Notes: generated by a model from the letters alone, not told the origin. A stretch of 64,000 nt of DNA from Solirubrobacteraceae bacterium (GCA_033855115.1 JAWVGJ010000075.1:751-64750), one strand, 5' to 3'; positions 1 to 12,196 are shown, counted from the stretch's first letter. Numbers and translations: made by a program.

Positions 1-149
1 TCGATCCGAGAGGGCTCGACGCCATCGAACCCGAACGAGAGGCGCCGACCATGCGCGTAGTCCGAGCAAACCAGCCGCGTCACCCGAAAGCCGGCCGGCC
101 CGAGACGCAGCGCCCGCGGCCTCGCGCGCGGCGGCTGCTGAGTGTTCAT
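1..149 (-). CDS. hypothetical protein, N-terminal fragment running off the left edge
   Basis: ATG at 149-147 (minus strand) opens MNTQQPPRARPRALRLGPAGFRVTRLVCSDYAHGRRLSFGFDGVEPSRI with no stop before position 1. Too short for the supplied ORF track. No family recognised. Confidence 0.3.
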   Translation of the reverse strand, partial: MNTQQPPRARPRALRLGPAGFRVTRLVCSDYAHGRRLSFGFDGVEPSRI

Positions 150-240
150 GACAAGCCACGGCCCGTAGCGAAGTAGCTCGCGCAGGCCTCGCCGGCAGCG
201 GCACCCGGCCGGGCGGGCGCCGCGCCGGACGCCATAGACG

Positions 241-274
241 TGCGAAGGGCGCCGTGGAGACGGCGCCCTTCGCA
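241..274 (-). terminator. GC-rich perfect hairpin (13-14 bp stem, 6-nt loop), possible factor-independent terminator without a U-tract
   Basis: gcgaagggcgccg (242-254) pairs perfectly with cggcgcccttcgc (261-273) around loop tggaga. It lies downstream of gyrA and of the structured element at 275-470. No T-run on either strand. Confidence 0.4.
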
Positions 275-515
275 ACTACCTGACTGGACTAAGAGCCCGA
301 GCTGGAATGTTCTACCTGCCGGTGGGACCAGTCCGGCGTCCCGCTCGGGGGTGGCCCGGTTTGGATTCGCTGGTCAAGCCAGCCTTCCCGACCTAGCGGC
401 CGAGCACCTCCAGGGTCCCGTAAGAACTTGAGCTGATTCGGACCACCTCCTTTCTCTGGTCCAGGGAGCGTAGCGGACGTCGCCGACGTACGCCGCGTGA
501 TCTGGCGCCTTCGCC

Positions 516-3500
516 CTAGCTGCCGTCGATCGTGCCGTCCGGACCCCCCTCAGCCGGCTCCCGATCCGGCGCCGGCGTGACGCCGTTGCCGTTATCCGGT
601 GCTGACTCGACGACAAGCGCGACGGCCGACACGAGGTCGTCGTCCTTCATGTTCATGAGCCGGACGCCCTGTGCCAGCCGTCCGTAGCGGCTGATTCCGC
701 GCACCGCGGTGCGTTGCACCATCCCGCTCTGGGAGATGAAGACGAGCTCCTCGTGCTCGCGGACCACGAGCGCCCCGGCGAGTGCGCCCTTGGCATCGGT
801 GAGCTTGATCGTTCCGACGCCCATCGCGCCGCGCTTGGTCTTGCGGTACTCGGCGATCGAGGTGCGCTTGCCAAAGCCGTTCTCGGTGACGACGAGCAGC
901 TCCTGGTCGTCCCGCGCGACGTCCATCACAAGCACCTCGTTGTCGGGCTGGTCGACGTTCATCCCGCGCACGCCCGACGTGTCGCGCCCCATCGGCCGCG
1001 CGTCGCCCTCGTGGAAGCGGACCGCCAGACCCTTGCGCGAGACCATGAGGATGTCGTCGTCCCCGCCCGTGCGTCGCACGCTGACAAGTTCGTCGTCGTC
1101 ACGGATGTTGATCGCGATGATCCCGTCGGCCTTGATCGGCGTGTTGTAGGCGCCGAACTCCGTCTTCTTGACGATGCCGCGCTTGGTCGCGAACACGAGG
1201 TACCTGCCCTCGGCGAAGTCGCGCGTCGCGAGCACGGATTGGATCCGCTCGCGCTCGCGCAGCGGCAGCACGTTGACGAGCGCGCGACCCTTTGCCGTTC
1301 GCGACGCCTCGGGCAATTCGTAGACCTTTGACCTGTAGACCTTTCCGCGGTTGGAGAAGAACAGTAGGTAGTCGTGGCTCGAGCACACGAAGAGGTGCTC
1401 GATGTAGTCGCCGTCCTTCATGTCCATGCCGGTCACACCGCGGCCACCGCGCTGCTGCGCGCGATAGGTCGTGAGCGGAAGCGACTTGATGTAGCCCGAG
1501 TGCGTGATCGTGATGACCATCTGTTGCTCGGCGATGAGATCCTCGATGTCGATCTCGTCTTCGGAGTCGGTGATCAGCGTGCGCCGCTCGTCGCCGAAGC
1601 GGTCGGCGATCTCGTCGAGCTCCTCCTTGATGATCGCGAAGACGTGGGCCTCGTCGCCGAGGATCTCGCGCAGCTCGCCGATCCGCTCGACCTTGTCGTC
1701 GTGCTCGGTCTTGATCGAGTCGGCTTCCAGCGCCGTCAGCTGCGACAGGCGCAGGTCGAGGATCGCGGACGCCTGGATCTCCGTCAGCGCGAAGCGCTCG
1801 ACGAGCTGCTCGCGCGCGCTGCTGCGGTCGCGCGACGCGCGGATCAGCTCGATGATCGCGTCGAGGTTGTCGAGCGCGATCAGCAGGCCCTTGAGCACGT
1901 GTACGCGGCGCTCGAGCACGCCGAGCTCGTGCTTGGTCCGGCGGACGACGACCTCGCGCTGATGCTGGACGTAGTGCTTGATGACGTCCCGCAGCGAGAG
2001 CGTCCGCGGCACGTTCTCGACGAGCGCGACCACGTTCACCCCGAACGTCGTCTGCAGCGAGGTGTGCTTGTAGAGCTGGTTGAGGACGACCTCGGGGATC
2101 TCGTCGCGCTTGAGCTCGATCACGATCCGCATCCCGCCGCGTTCGGAGGAGTGGTCCTCAAGATCGGAGATCCCGCTGATCTTCTTCTCGCGGACGAGCT
2201 CGGCGATCTTTTTGATGAGCCCGTTGTCGCCGCCCTTCTTCACCGCGTAGGGCAGCTCGGTGACGATGATCGCCTCCTTGCCGCGGCCGACGTCCTCGAT
2301 GTGGGCCTTGCCGCGCACGCGGACCTTGCCGCGGCCGGTCTCGTAGGCGTCGAGGATGCCCTGGCGACCGAGGATGATCCCGCCCGTCGGGAAGTCCGGA
2401 CCCGGCATGTGGCGCATGAGCGCAGGCGTATCGATCGCCGGATCGTCGATGTAGGCGATGACCGCGGCGATCACCTCGCGCAGGTTGTGCGGTGGGATGT
2501 TCGTCGCCATGCCGACGGCGATCCCCGAAGAGCCGTTGACGAGCAGGTTGGGGAACCGCGCCGGCAGCACGACCGGCTCGTGCTTGCGCCCGTCGTAGTT
2601 GGGAGTGAAGTCGACGGTGTCCGCATCGAGGTCGCGCAGCATCTCCATCGCCATGCGCTCGAGGCGGGCCTCGGTGTTGTGGCTGACGAAGCCGTCGGTG
2701 AGGAAGGAGTGGTCGTCGGTATCCACGCGCAGCGAGTAGACCGGCGCGACGCCCGCGTCCTCGACGGATGCAACCGACGCGTAGTAGTAATCGCCACTGA
2801 CGAGGGGCTCGACGACGCTGCGCGTCTCCTCGGAGATTCGTTCTAGGATCGCGGCGCCGTCGCGCTCCCAGCGTTCGATGCGATCGACGTTGTGCTTGCG
2901 CAGCCATTCGCGCTCGGTCCAGCGTCCGCCGCCTGCAGCGCGGATGTACGTGGCGAGGAATGGGACGTGGTCATGGCTCAGCGCGCGGCTCTTGGGCGCG
3001 ATCGTCTGGAGGTCGTGCTGCAGCGTGCGCTGCTTGGCACCGAGGAACCCGATCCGTTGCTCAAACAGCCGCGCGTCGCGCCGGTTCGTGATGATCACCT
3101 TGTACTCGCCGCGTGACGTCGGCCCGCAGATCCGGCTGATAACGCCGAACTCGAGCAGTAGCCGCTGCACCTCGCCGACGAGCTGCTTGCTGTTCGAGGA
3201 GTAGGACACCTGGATCGTGCTGCGCGGCAGCGGCGACGACGAGCCGTCGCCGGTGAAGAGCGCTTGCAGGAACGCGCGCTTAAACGCGGCCGAACTGCGC
3301 CACACGCGGTCGGGGACGTGTTTGGCGCGGCTCTCATAACCTATGAGGCACCGGAGAGGCGACGCGCGCAGGTTGGAGAGATCGTGGATATCCAGCTCAC
3401 GCAGCCGGCTACCCGAGCGGATCGTGCGCTCGTAGACGTCGCGGCGCCCGCCGACGTGCCGGTCATACGCAGCGAGCACGCGGTCGAAGAACTCGTGGTC

Positions 3501-4313
3501 GACATTGGTGAAGCCCGCGCGCGTCTCGCTCACGAAGCCCTCGGAAACGAACGCCCCAAGCAGCTCGGCGAGGGCGCGCTCGTCGCTTTCGAGCTCCACG
3601 CCGGGTACGCGCGGCGTGCGCGCGATCAGCACGCGGTCGCCGGCCGAGATCTCGTCGAGCCGCTTCCACAGCAGCAGCGGCACCCCGAGCATGTCGACGA
3701 GGCAGAGAACAGGATGGTTCTGCGTGCCGGTGAGCGTGTAGCCCTCGCGCGTGCGCAGGCGCAGCGTCGGGTGATCGCCGGAGTGGAAGACCTTCGACGC
3801 TCGCACGGAGCGCCCGAGCCGATCGTGTACCGCCAGCTCGACGTCGCGCTCGCTGTCGGACGCGAGGCCCTCGGCGAGATCAGACATCCGGACGGTGCCG
3901 TCCGGAGTCGCGACGCGCGTGTCGCCGACCACGCAGTAACGCATCGCGGCCGGAGGATCGTCGTCGATCGAACCGAAATTGCCCTGACCGTCGACGAGCT
4001 CGTAGCGCATGGAGAATTCCTGCGCCAGGCGCGCGAGGGCGTCGTAGATCGCCGTGTCACCGTGCGGGTGGTAGTTGCCCATCACGTCGCCAACGATCGA
4101 CGCGCACTTACGGTAGGGCCGCGTCGGACCCAGGCCGTTCTCGGACATCGAGAACAGCACGCGCCGGTGAACCGGCTTCAGGCCGTCGCGGACGTCGGGC
4201 AGCGCGCGACCGACGATGACGGACATCGCGTAGTCCAGATACGCCGAGCGCATCTCGTCTTCGAGCGCGCGTGGCTCGACGTTTCCGCCGCTGAGCGTGT
4301 CGATCGAGCTCAT
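516..4313 (-). CDS. gyrA: DNA gyrase subunit A, interrupted by an in-frame intein (845-aa extein plus 420-aa intein)
   Basis: 1265-aa ORF with GyrA N-terminal motifs ([18 protein letters not shown] active-site Tyr126). After the insert it resumes [13 protein letters not shown], followed by a C-terminal beta-pinwheel region. Sits directly downstream of gyrB. Confidence 0.95.
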   Translation of the reverse strand: MSSIDTLSGGNVEPRALEDEMRSAYLDYAMSVIVGRALPDVRDGLKPVHRRVLFSMSENGLGPTRPYRKCASIVGDVMGNYHPHGDTAIYDALARLAQEFSMRYELVDGQGNFGSIDDDPPAAMRYCVVGDTRVATPDGTVRMSDLAEGLASDSERDVELAVHDRLGRSVRASKVFHSGDHPTLRLRTREGYTLTGTQNHPVLCLVDMLGVPLLLWKRLDEISAGDRVLIARTPRVPGVELESDERALAELLGAFVSEGFVSETRAGFTNVDHEFFDRVLAAYDRHVGGRRDVYERTIRSGSRLRELDIHDLSNLRASPLRCLIGYESRAKHVPDRVWRSSAAFKRAFLQALFTGDGSSSPLPRSTIQVSYSSNSKQLVGEVQRLLLEFGVISRICGPTSRGEYKVIITNRRDARLFEQRIGFLGAKQRTLQHDLQTIAPKSRALSHDHVPFLATYIRAAGGGRWTEREWLRKHNVDRIERWERDGAAILERISEETRSVVEPLVSGDYYYASVASVEDAGVAPVYSLRVDTDDHSFLTDGFVSHNTEARLERMAMEMLRDLDADTVDFTPNYDGRKHEPVVLPARFPNLLVNGSSGIAVGMATNIPPHNLREVIAAVIAYIDDPAIDTPALMRHMPGPDFPTGGIILGRQGILDAYETGRGKVRVRGKAHIEDVGRGKEAIIVTELPYAVKKGGDNGLIKKIAELVREKKISGISDLEDHSSERGGMRIVIELKRDEIPEVVLNQLYKHTSLQTTFGVNVVALVENVPRTLSLRDVIKHYVQHQREVVVRRTKHELGVLERRVHVLKGLLIALDNLDAIIELIRASRDRSSAREQLVERFALTEIQASAILDLRLSQLTALEADSIKTEHDDKVERIGELREILGDEAHVFAIIKEELDEIADRFGDERRTLITDSEDEIDIEDLIAEQQMVITITHSGYIKSLPLTTYRAQQRGGRGVTGMDMKDGDYIEHLFVCSSHDYLLFFSNRGKVYRSKVYELPEASRTAKGRALVNVLPLRERERIQSVLATRDFAEGRYLVFATKRGIVKKTEFGAYNTPIKADGIIAINIRDDDELVSVRRTGGDDDILMVSRKGLAVRFHEGDARPMGRDTSGVRGMNVDQPDNEVLVMDVARDDQELLVVTENGFGKRTSIAEYRKTKRGAMGVGTIKLTDAKGALAGALVVREHEELVFISQSGMVQRTAVRGISRYGRLAQGVRLMNMKDDDLVSAVALVVESAPDNGNGVTPAPDREPAEGGPDGTIDGS
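2676..3935 (-). mobile_element. GyrA intein with LAGLIDADG homing-endonuclease domain (420 aa, residues 127-546)
   Basis: Starts with Cys (tgc, rc of 3933-3935) immediately after catalytic Tyr126. Ends ...FVSHN (Asn codon rc of 2676-2678) followed by Thr. Two LAGLIDADG-type blocks inside: [11 protein letters not shown] and [11 protein letters not shown]. Confidence 0.9.
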
Positions 4314-4316
4314 CGG

Positions 4317-6836
<2,520 letters not shown>

Positions 6837-6981
6837 TCACAAACCGGGCCCGCGGATTGCAACAAAAGACCTGCAAAACGCGCGAAAACCTGCGCGGCGG
6901 CGGGGGCTCGGCCACGGCTGCTCCGCTGCGGCTCGCGGGCAACGCCCAGCGGCACGCTCGGCGAAGCCCCAGCGACCCCGT

Positions 6982-7338
6982 TCATGCGCCGCCGCGCGGC
7001 GCCCACGGGCCCGTCTTCCCGTCCCGCGCGCGGCGCCCCGCAGTCGCCACGCAGCGCACGCCACCGACGCGCTCAGACCCCAGCGCGCCGTTCAGCGCAG
7101 CGACGAGGACGGGGCCCATGAGGTCGATCTCCTGCATCCACACGGCTGACGAGCACAGGAGCGTGACGGTCCCATCGCGCTCGGAGATCGGGTTCGCCTC
7201 GCCCGCGATCGCCGGGCCCGCGGCAGCCTCCCAGACCCGTTGGACGTCGGCGAGCAGTGTCGCGGGAGCCAAGCGCGCCGTCAGGGCCTCGATGGCGACG
7301 CATAGCGGTCGTGGGGCGTTGCGCCGCATTACGACCAC
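6982..7338 (-). CDS. dciA: DUF721 / DciA-family protein (putative replicative helicase operator)
   Basis: 118-aa ORF between recF and gyrB, the position of the DUF721 gene in Actinobacteria. Pattern VQRVWEAAAGPAIAGEANPISERDGTVTLLCSSAVWMQEI fits the DUF721 core. Confidence 0.7.
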   Translation of the reverse strand: MVVMRRNAPRPLCVAIEALTARLAPATLLADVQRVWEAAAGPAIAGEANPISERDGTVTLLCSSAVWMQEIDLMGPVLVAALNGALGSERVGGVRCVATAGRRARDGKTGPWAPRGGA

Positions 7339-7398
7339 ACCTCGCGTGGCAGGCTCGATGGGCGGTGTCCGATCTTGACGGGCACGGCTCGTCGGCGC

Positions 7399-8505
7399 TT
7401 ACGCCGCCACCACACCCTGCAGCACCGCGCCGGCCACCACCGCGAGACGCGTGACCCCCGGTTCGTCGGCGCCCGGCACATGTGCGAGATCGGTCGTCGT
7501 CACCACGCTCTGTCCCTTGCCGCGCAGCATCTGCGCGAGCAGCGTGCGGCGGTCGCCGTCGAGCTCGCTCATGACGTCGTCCAGGAGAATGAGAGGTACT
7601 GCGTCGCGCGTTTGCGCGAGCGTCTCGCGCTCGGCCAGCAGGAGCGCGAGCAGCGCCAAGCGTTGCTCACCCTGCGAGCCGTACGCACGCAGCTCCCGAC
7701 CGTCGCGCAGGAACGCGACGTCGTCGCGGTGCGGGCCATGGCCGGTGAAGCCGCGCTCGAGGTCGGATTCGACACGCTCGGCGAGCTCGGCGGCGAGCAG
7801 CTCCGCGCTCGCGGCGCGCGAGCGCGGCCGGTAGCGCAGCTCCGCCCGTTCGCCCAGACCGAGCGTCTGCGCGATCGCGCTGAAACGCGGCGCGAGCAGG
7901 TCGAGGATCGCCGCTCGGTCGTCGCGCAGCGCGATCCCGTGGCGCCCGAGTTCGGCGTCCCAGGCCGGCAGAGAGCTGCGCGAGGCGCGCCCAGCCCGGA
8001 TTCCCGCCAGCAGCGCATTTCGCTGCGCCAGCGCCTGTCCGTAGGCGCGGCGGGTCGCGACGCGGGTCGGCCAGCTCGCGGCCACCACCTGGTCGATGTG
8101 CGAGCGCCGCAGCGCCGGCGGGCCCTTGACGAGCGCCAGGCGATCGGACAGGAACACGCACACAAGCGGCCGCGTCTGGACATCCAGAAAGCGCTCGACC
8201 GGCGCTCCGTCGGCTTGCAGGCGCTTGGTCTCGCCGGGCGTGAACCCGACGGCCAGCCGGTGCGCGCGGCCATCGGCGTCGCGGAGGTCGACCTCGACGC
8301 GCGCCGTGCCGGCGTCGAAGCGCACGACCTCGCGCTCGTTGGAGGTGCGGCAGGAGCGGCCGGTGCAGCCGAAGTACAACGCCTCCAGCAGGTTGGTCTT
8401 GCCGGTTCCGTTGCGTCCGTGGATGACGGTCAGGCCGGGCCCGAGCGCCACGTCGGCGCTGCCATAGCTGCGAAAGTCGCGCAGACGCAGGCGCGTGACG
8501 AGCAC
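7399..8505 (-). CDS. recF: DNA replication and repair protein RecF
   Basis: 368 aa. N-terminal LRDFRSY and Walker A GRNGTGKTNLLEA, C-terminal SQGEQRLALLALLLAE and LLLDDVMSELD. Located between dnaN and dciA. Confidence 0.93.
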   Translation of the reverse strand: MLVTRLRLRDFRSYGSADVALGPGLTVIHGRNGTGKTNLLEALYFGCTGRSCRTSNEREVVRFDAGTARVEVDLRDADGRAHRLAVGFTPGETKRLQADGAPVERFLDVQTRPLVCVFLSDRLALVKGPPALRRSHIDQVVAASWPTRVATRRAYGQALAQRNALLAGIRAGRASRSSLPAWDAELGRHGIALRDDRAAILDLLAPRFSAIAQTLGLGERAELRYRPRSRAASAELLAAELAERVESDLERGFTGHGPHRDDVAFLRDGRELRAYGSQGEQRLALLALLLAERETLAQTRDAVPLILLDDVMSELDGDRRTLLAQMLRGKGQSVVTTTDLAHVPGADEPGVTRLAVVAGAVLQGVVAA

Positions 8506-8518
8506 GGCCGGGCCGCGC

Positions 8519-9628
8519 TTAGACGTTGAGCCGGATCGGCATCATCAGGTACAGGAAGCCGCTGCCGTCGGCGGACTCGATGAGGCCGGGCCGCAGTGGA
8601 CTGATGAGCTTCAGGACAAGATCGCCGCCCTCCGCGCCCTCGAGACCGTCGCGCAGGAACTCCGGGTTGAAGCCGATCTCGAACGGTTCGCCGGCGAACG
8701 GAATCGGGAGCATCTCGCGGGCCTCGCCGACGTCCGGGGTTCGCGCCGAGACCGTCAGCTCACCTTCGGTGAAGCGCAGACGCAGCGGCGCGTTCTTCTG
8801 AGCCATCAGGCTGATGCGGCGTACGACCTCGGTCAGCTCGGCGGACGCGAAGGTGAGCTGATGCTCGTAGGCGTCGGGCAGCAACTGGCGATAGTTCGGG
8901 AACTGACCATCGATGAGCCGCGACGACAGAACGTTGCGGCCGATCTCGAAGACAATCTGGTTTGTACGGACCGAGACGCTGAGGGTCTCCGTGTCGGCGG
9001 CGGCCGCGATGCGGGCGAGCTCCTGCAGCGCGCGGGCAGGCACGTTCGCCTCGAAGCCGCCGTCCAGTGGCGTCTCGAGCCGGGTCTCCTTGACGCTCAG
9101 GCGGTAGGAGTCGGTGGCGACCATGCGCAGCTCCGTCCCCGAAGCGGAGACGAGGATCCCCGTGAGGATCGGCCGCGTCTCGTCGCGCGACGCGGAGCGC
9201 GCGACGCGGTTGATCGTCTCGACGAACGCGGCCGCCGGCACCTCGACGACCGTCTCCCCGCCAGGCTCGGGCAGCGGTGGGAAGTCCTCGCCGCGCAACG
9301 TGCGGATGTGGAATGTCGCCGAACCCGAGACGACCTCGACGTCCTGCTCGGCGGGTCTCAGCTCGAACGTTGCCTCCTCGCCCGTGAGCGAGCGCGCGAC
9401 GTCGAGCATGAGGCGGGCAGGCAGCACGACCGTGCCCTCGCGTTCGACGCTGGCGGCGAGTGGAACGCGCAGACCCACTTCGGTGTCGGTTGCGCGCAGC
9501 TCGGCGGCAGCGTCGGTCGCACTGAGCTGCACGCCGGAGAGCGCCTGCACGGCGCTCCGCGTCGAGGCCACGCGAGAGACCACGCCGAGCTGAGCCAGCA
9601 AGTCGGCGCATGACGTCGCGAACTTCAC
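8519..9628 (-). CDS. dnaN: DNA polymerase III beta sliding clamp
   Basis: About 370-aa ORF downstream of dnaA with typical DnaN features (KFATS..., ...MMPIRLNV end). Start probably the GTG at 9628, 5 nt after GAGGTGG. The ORF-track start at 9637 lies inside that SD-like sequence. Confidence 0.9.
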   Translation of the reverse strand: MKFATSCADLLAQLGVVSRVASTRSAVQALSGVQLSATDAAAELRATDTEVGLRVPLAASVEREGTVVLPARLMLDVARSLTGEEATFELRPAEQDVEVVSGSATFHIRTLRGEDFPPLPEPGGETVVEVPAAAFVETINRVARSASRDETRPILTGILVSASGTELRMVATDSYRLSVKETRLETPLDGGFEANVPARALQELARIAAAADTETLSVSVRTNQIVFEIGRNVLSSRLIDGQFPNYRQLLPDAYEHQLTFASAELTEVVRRISLMAQKNAPLRLRFTEGELTVSARTPDVGEAREMLPIPFAGEPFEIGFNPEFLRDGLEGAEGGDLVLKLISPLRPGLIESADGSGFLYLMMPIRLNV

Positions 9629-9674
9629 GATGACCACCTCGGATAGAAAGACATGAAAGTCATAGAGCGTGTGC

Positions 9675-9720
9675 GGATGTGCAGAAGCGCCGAAACGCCC
9701 GGAGGATGCGGCAGAAGCGC
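9675..9720. repeat. imperfect direct repeat in the dnaA-dnaN spacer
   Basis: GGATGTGCAGAAGCGC (9675-9690) and GGATGCGGCAGAAGCGC (9704-9720). The exact 10-mer GCAGAAGCGC recurs at 30-bp spacing. On the minus strand the repeats carry weak DnaA-box-like ATCC cores. Confidence 0.5.
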
Positions 9721-9770
9721 GATGCCGGTGCCGTGACGCGGTGGGCAGAGTGTGTCAAGTCCGTCGGAGC

Positions 9771-11123
9771 CTATTCGGGCTCGGGGTCGGTGAGGCGCCG
9801 TTCGAGCTCCCGGACGATCGCGTGGGCGTCGGGGTCCTTGGCGATGCGCTCGCCGGCCTTGCGGCAGGCGTGCATGACCGTCGTGTGGTTTCGCCCACCA
9901 AAGCGGTCGCCGATCGCCGGGAGCGTCGCGCCCGTGTGTTGGCGCGACAGGTACATCGCGACCTGCCGGGCCCAGGCGATGCGGGCGGTCCGGGAGGCGG
10001 AGAGCAGCTCCTCGTGCGTGACGGCGAAGGCCTCGCAGGCGAGATGCTGGACGAGTTCGATCGTCGGTTGCGGGCGACGGTGCGGAGCATTCGGATAGAG
10101 CCCTGAGAGGACCTCGTCGGCGAGGCCGGCGTCGATCCGCCTGCCGGTGAGCGAGTGGTAGGCGACGACGCGGATCAGTGCGCCTTCGAGTGCCCGCGCG
10201 TTGCTCTCGACCCGGCCGGCGATCGCGTGCAGGGCTGCGTCGTCGTCGATGTCGATGTCGTCGTGTTGCACGCGCTTGCGCAGGATCGCCAGGCGCGTGG
10301 CGAAGTCGGGGGGCGAGAGCTTCGCGACGAGACCGGCCTGGAAGCGCTCGAGCAGCCGGGCTTCGAGCGCGGCCATGTCGGCCGGCAGGCGATCGCACGT
10401 GAGCACGAGTTGGCTGCCGATCTCGTAGAGCGCGTTGAACGTGTGGAAGAACTCCTCCTCGGTCTTGGCCTTCTTCTGGAGAAACTGGACGTCGTCGATG
10501 AGCAGCACGTCGGTGTCGCGAAAGCGCGCCTTGAAGCTCTCCAGGTCGTGGGACTGCAGCGCGGCCACGAACTCGTTCGTAAAGCGCTCGGCACTCGTCG
10601 AGCGGACCCGCAGCCCGCCGCCATGAGCCAGGACGTAGTTGCCGATCGCGTGCAGGAGGTGGGTCTTGCCGAGCCCGGGTGGCCCGTAGAGGAAGAGCGG
10701 GTTGTAGGTCTGACCCGGCATCTCGGCGACCGCCAGGGCTGCCGCGTGCGCGAGGCGGTTCGAAGCTCCGATGACGAACTGCTCGAACGTGAGCTTGGGA
10801 TGAAACTCGGGCTGCTGTTCTGCGCCCGCACATGCGGTGGGAGCGGCGGGCGCGATCGGCGCCTCTGGAGCGATGATGTCGACGCTGGTCTGCGGTCCGA
10901 GGATCGCGGCGGCGCAGGACTGGATGACGCACACGAAGCGGTCGGCGACCCAGCTGCGGATCTCGTCGGGCGCGGCGAGGACGAGGGTGTCACCGACGAG
11001 CGCGCGCGGGCGCAGCGGCGCGAGCCAGATCTCGAAGGTGGAATCCGGGACCGCCGTGCGTAACTCGGCTCGGATGAGTGCCCAATCGTGGACGAGCTGC
11101 GGGGTTGCGGCAGGCGTAAGCAA
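9771..11123 (-). CDS. dnaA: chromosomal replication initiator protein DnaA
   Basis: 450 aa. AAA+ Walker [12 protein letters not shown], Walker B LLIDDVQF, and a C-terminal DNA-binding domain ([35 protein letters not shown]). TTG start at 11123. Confidence 0.95.
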   Translation of the reverse strand: MLTPAATPQLVHDWALIRAELRTAVPDSTFEIWLAPLRPRALVGDTLVLAAPDEIRSWVADRFVCVIQSCAAAILGPQTSVDIIAPEAPIAPAAPTACAGAEQQPEFHPKLTFEQFVIGASNRLAHAAALAVAEMPGQTYNPLFLYGPPGLGKTHLLHAIGNYVLAHGGGLRVRSTSAERFTNEFVAALQSHDLESFKARFRDTDVLLIDDVQFLQKKAKTEEEFFHTFNALYEIGSQLVLTCDRLPADMAALEARLLERFQAGLVAKLSPPDFATRLAILRKRVQHDDIDIDDDAALHAIAGRVESNARALEGALIRVVAYHSLTGRRIDAGLADEVLSGLYPNAPHRRPQPTIELVQHLACEAFAVTHEELLSASRTARIAWARQVAMYLSRQHTGATLPAIGDRFGGRNHTTVMHACRKAGERIAKDPDAHAIVRELERRLTDPEPE

Positions 11124-11247
11124 CTCTCTTGCGGAGGGGTTCGATCCGGGACGGCGAAGGGCCCGTCAGGGAGCCCGGGCGGCGGCGAATATACCAACGC
11201 CCTGCGGACCCCCTGGATGGCTTGGCGCTGTAGCCCGCTCGTCGCGG

Positions 11248-11302
11248 GAAAAACCTCGAAGGGGACCGAACCGGCGAAAAACCTCGAAGGGGACCGAACC
11301 GG
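11248..11302. repeat. perfect 27-nt tandem direct repeat (x2, 28-bp period) in the dnaA-rpmH divergent spacer
   Basis: GAAAAACCTCGAAGGGGACCGAACCGG occurs at 11248-11274 and again at 11276-11302, separated by one C. It lies 51-105 nt upstream of the rpmH ATG. Confidence 0.9.
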
Positions 11303-11352
11303 CCGCGGGTGCGCTAGCATCCCGCGCCGCGCCACCGGCGCTCCCAGTCGAC

Positions 11353-11487
11353 ATGAAACGCACCTACCAGCCCAAGAAGCGCAAGCGCGCACGCACTCAT
11401 GGCTTTCGTCAGCGGATGCAGACGAAGGGCGGCCGTTTGACGCTCAAGCGCCGCCGCGCCAAGGGCCGCAAGCGGCTCACCGTCTGA
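11353..11487 (+). CDS. rpmH: 50S ribosomal protein L34
   Basis: [44 protein letters not shown], 44 aa. ATG at 11353 inside the longer track ORF 10837-11487. Confidence 0.95.
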   Translation: MKRTYQPKKRKRARTHGFRQRMQTKGGRLTLKRRRAKGRKRLTV

Positions 11488-11543
11488 CGCCGCCGGCGGG
11501 ACTCCGCGCCCGCTCAGCTTGCCGTGCGGACCATCTAGGCTCC

Positions 11544-11933
11544 GTGTTCGTGGACGAGCCGCTCCCTCGCGTACCCGACAAGCGCCGCGCCCGCCGCGGG
11601 CGTCTGTCGCGCAGCGCGGAGTTCGAGCGCGCCTATCGCCAGGGGCGTTCGCACGGCAACCGCCACTTCGTCGTCTACGCGTTCCCGCGGGGTGAGGAGG
11701 GCGAAGCGCGCCTGGGTGTGTCGGTATCGCGCAAAGTCGGCGGCGCCGTCGAGCGCAACCGCGTCAAGCGCCTGCTGCGCGAGGCGTTCGTGGCGGAGGC
11801 CGCGGCGGTGCCGGCAGGCTACGACGTCGTCGTCGTCGCGCGGCCGAGTGCACGCGAACTGGCCGAGCGCGCGGGCCTTGCGGGAGTGCGCGACGCGCTG
11901 CGCGAGTTGCTCGAGCAGGCGGGCCGCACGTGA
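11544..11933 (+). CDS. rnpA: ribonuclease P protein component
   Basis: C-terminal part of track ORF 11088-11933: RLSRSAEFERAYRQGRSHGNRHFVVYAF...GVSVSRKVGGAVERNRVKRLLREAF. The GTG at 11544 is a plausible start but the exact start is uncertain. Located downstream of rpmH. Confidence 0.85.
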   Translation: MFVDEPLPRVPDKRRARRGRLSRSAEFERAYRQGRSHGNRHFVVYAFPRGEEGEARLGVSVSRKVGGAVERNRVKRLLREAFVAEAAAVPAGYDVVVVARPSARELAERAGLAGVRDALRELLEQAGRT

Positions 11934-12196
11934 GCACCGCGACGCGCATCGTGCAGGCCCCGATCGTGCTCTACCAGCGCGTGATCTCGCCTGGCCTGCC
12001 GCGCCGGTGCAAGTTCGAGCCCACGTGCTCGGCGTACGCCGTCCAGGCGTTGGGGGACTTCGGCATACTTCGCGGGCTGGTCCTGGCGACGTGGCGCGTA
12101 CTGCGCTGCAACCCGTTCAGCCACGGAGGCTATGACCCGGTGGAAGCCCAGCGCGTGTTTCGCCCTCGCTCGCCAGCCGGCCACCGTACGCCATGA
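11930..12196 (+). CDS. yidD: membrane protein insertion efficiency factor YidD
   Basis: YQRVISPGLPRRCKFEPTCSAYAVQALGDFGILRGLVLATWRVLRCNPF. GTGA overlap with the rnpA stop. Confidence 0.9.
   Translation: MSTATRIVQAPIVLYQRVISPGLPRRCKFEPTCSAYAVQALGDFGILRGLVLATWRVLRCNPFSHGGYDPVEAQRVFRPRSPAGHRTP

Noticed and set aside
440-462. CACCTCCTTTCT, identical to the 3' tail of 16S rRNA
   Set aside because: The upstream sequence does not resemble the 16S 3' domain (no GTCGTAACAAGGTA... context). It is only the loop of a small hairpin and is treated as part of the unassigned structured element.
275-470. Assignment of the gyrA-downstream element to a known class (cobalamin riboswitch, SAM-IV, ydaO, SRP RNA, glmS, 6S)
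   Set aside because: Only scattered short similarities were found: GGGAAGG...GAATCC...GCCAC for cobalamin, GTCAAGCC and GGGGTGGCCCGG for SAM-IV but in the wrong order, and AGGTCGGGAAGG without the AGCA strand for SRP. None is colinear with a consensus, so the class is left open.
1374-2846. Long ORFs antisense to, or out of frame with, recognised genes. Examples: 1374-2846 (+), 3264-5063 (+), 5196-6320 (+), 12885-14069 (-), 13831-14736 (-), 35592-37490 (-), 42268-43368 (-), 46649-47617 (-), and the 5' parts of 31938-35381 and 53549-55030.
   Set aside because: Their translations are Arg/Ala/Gly/Pro-rich with no recognisable motifs. They mirror strongly supported genes on the other strand or frame, as expected for stop-poor shadow frames in roughly 70% GC DNA.
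9638-11352. Calling oriC as a feature
   Set aside because: There is no perfect or near-perfect TTATCCACA or TTGTCCACA box and no clear AT-rich unwinding element in either dnaA-flanking spacer. Only weak ATCC cores and repeats were seen, and these are reported as findings.
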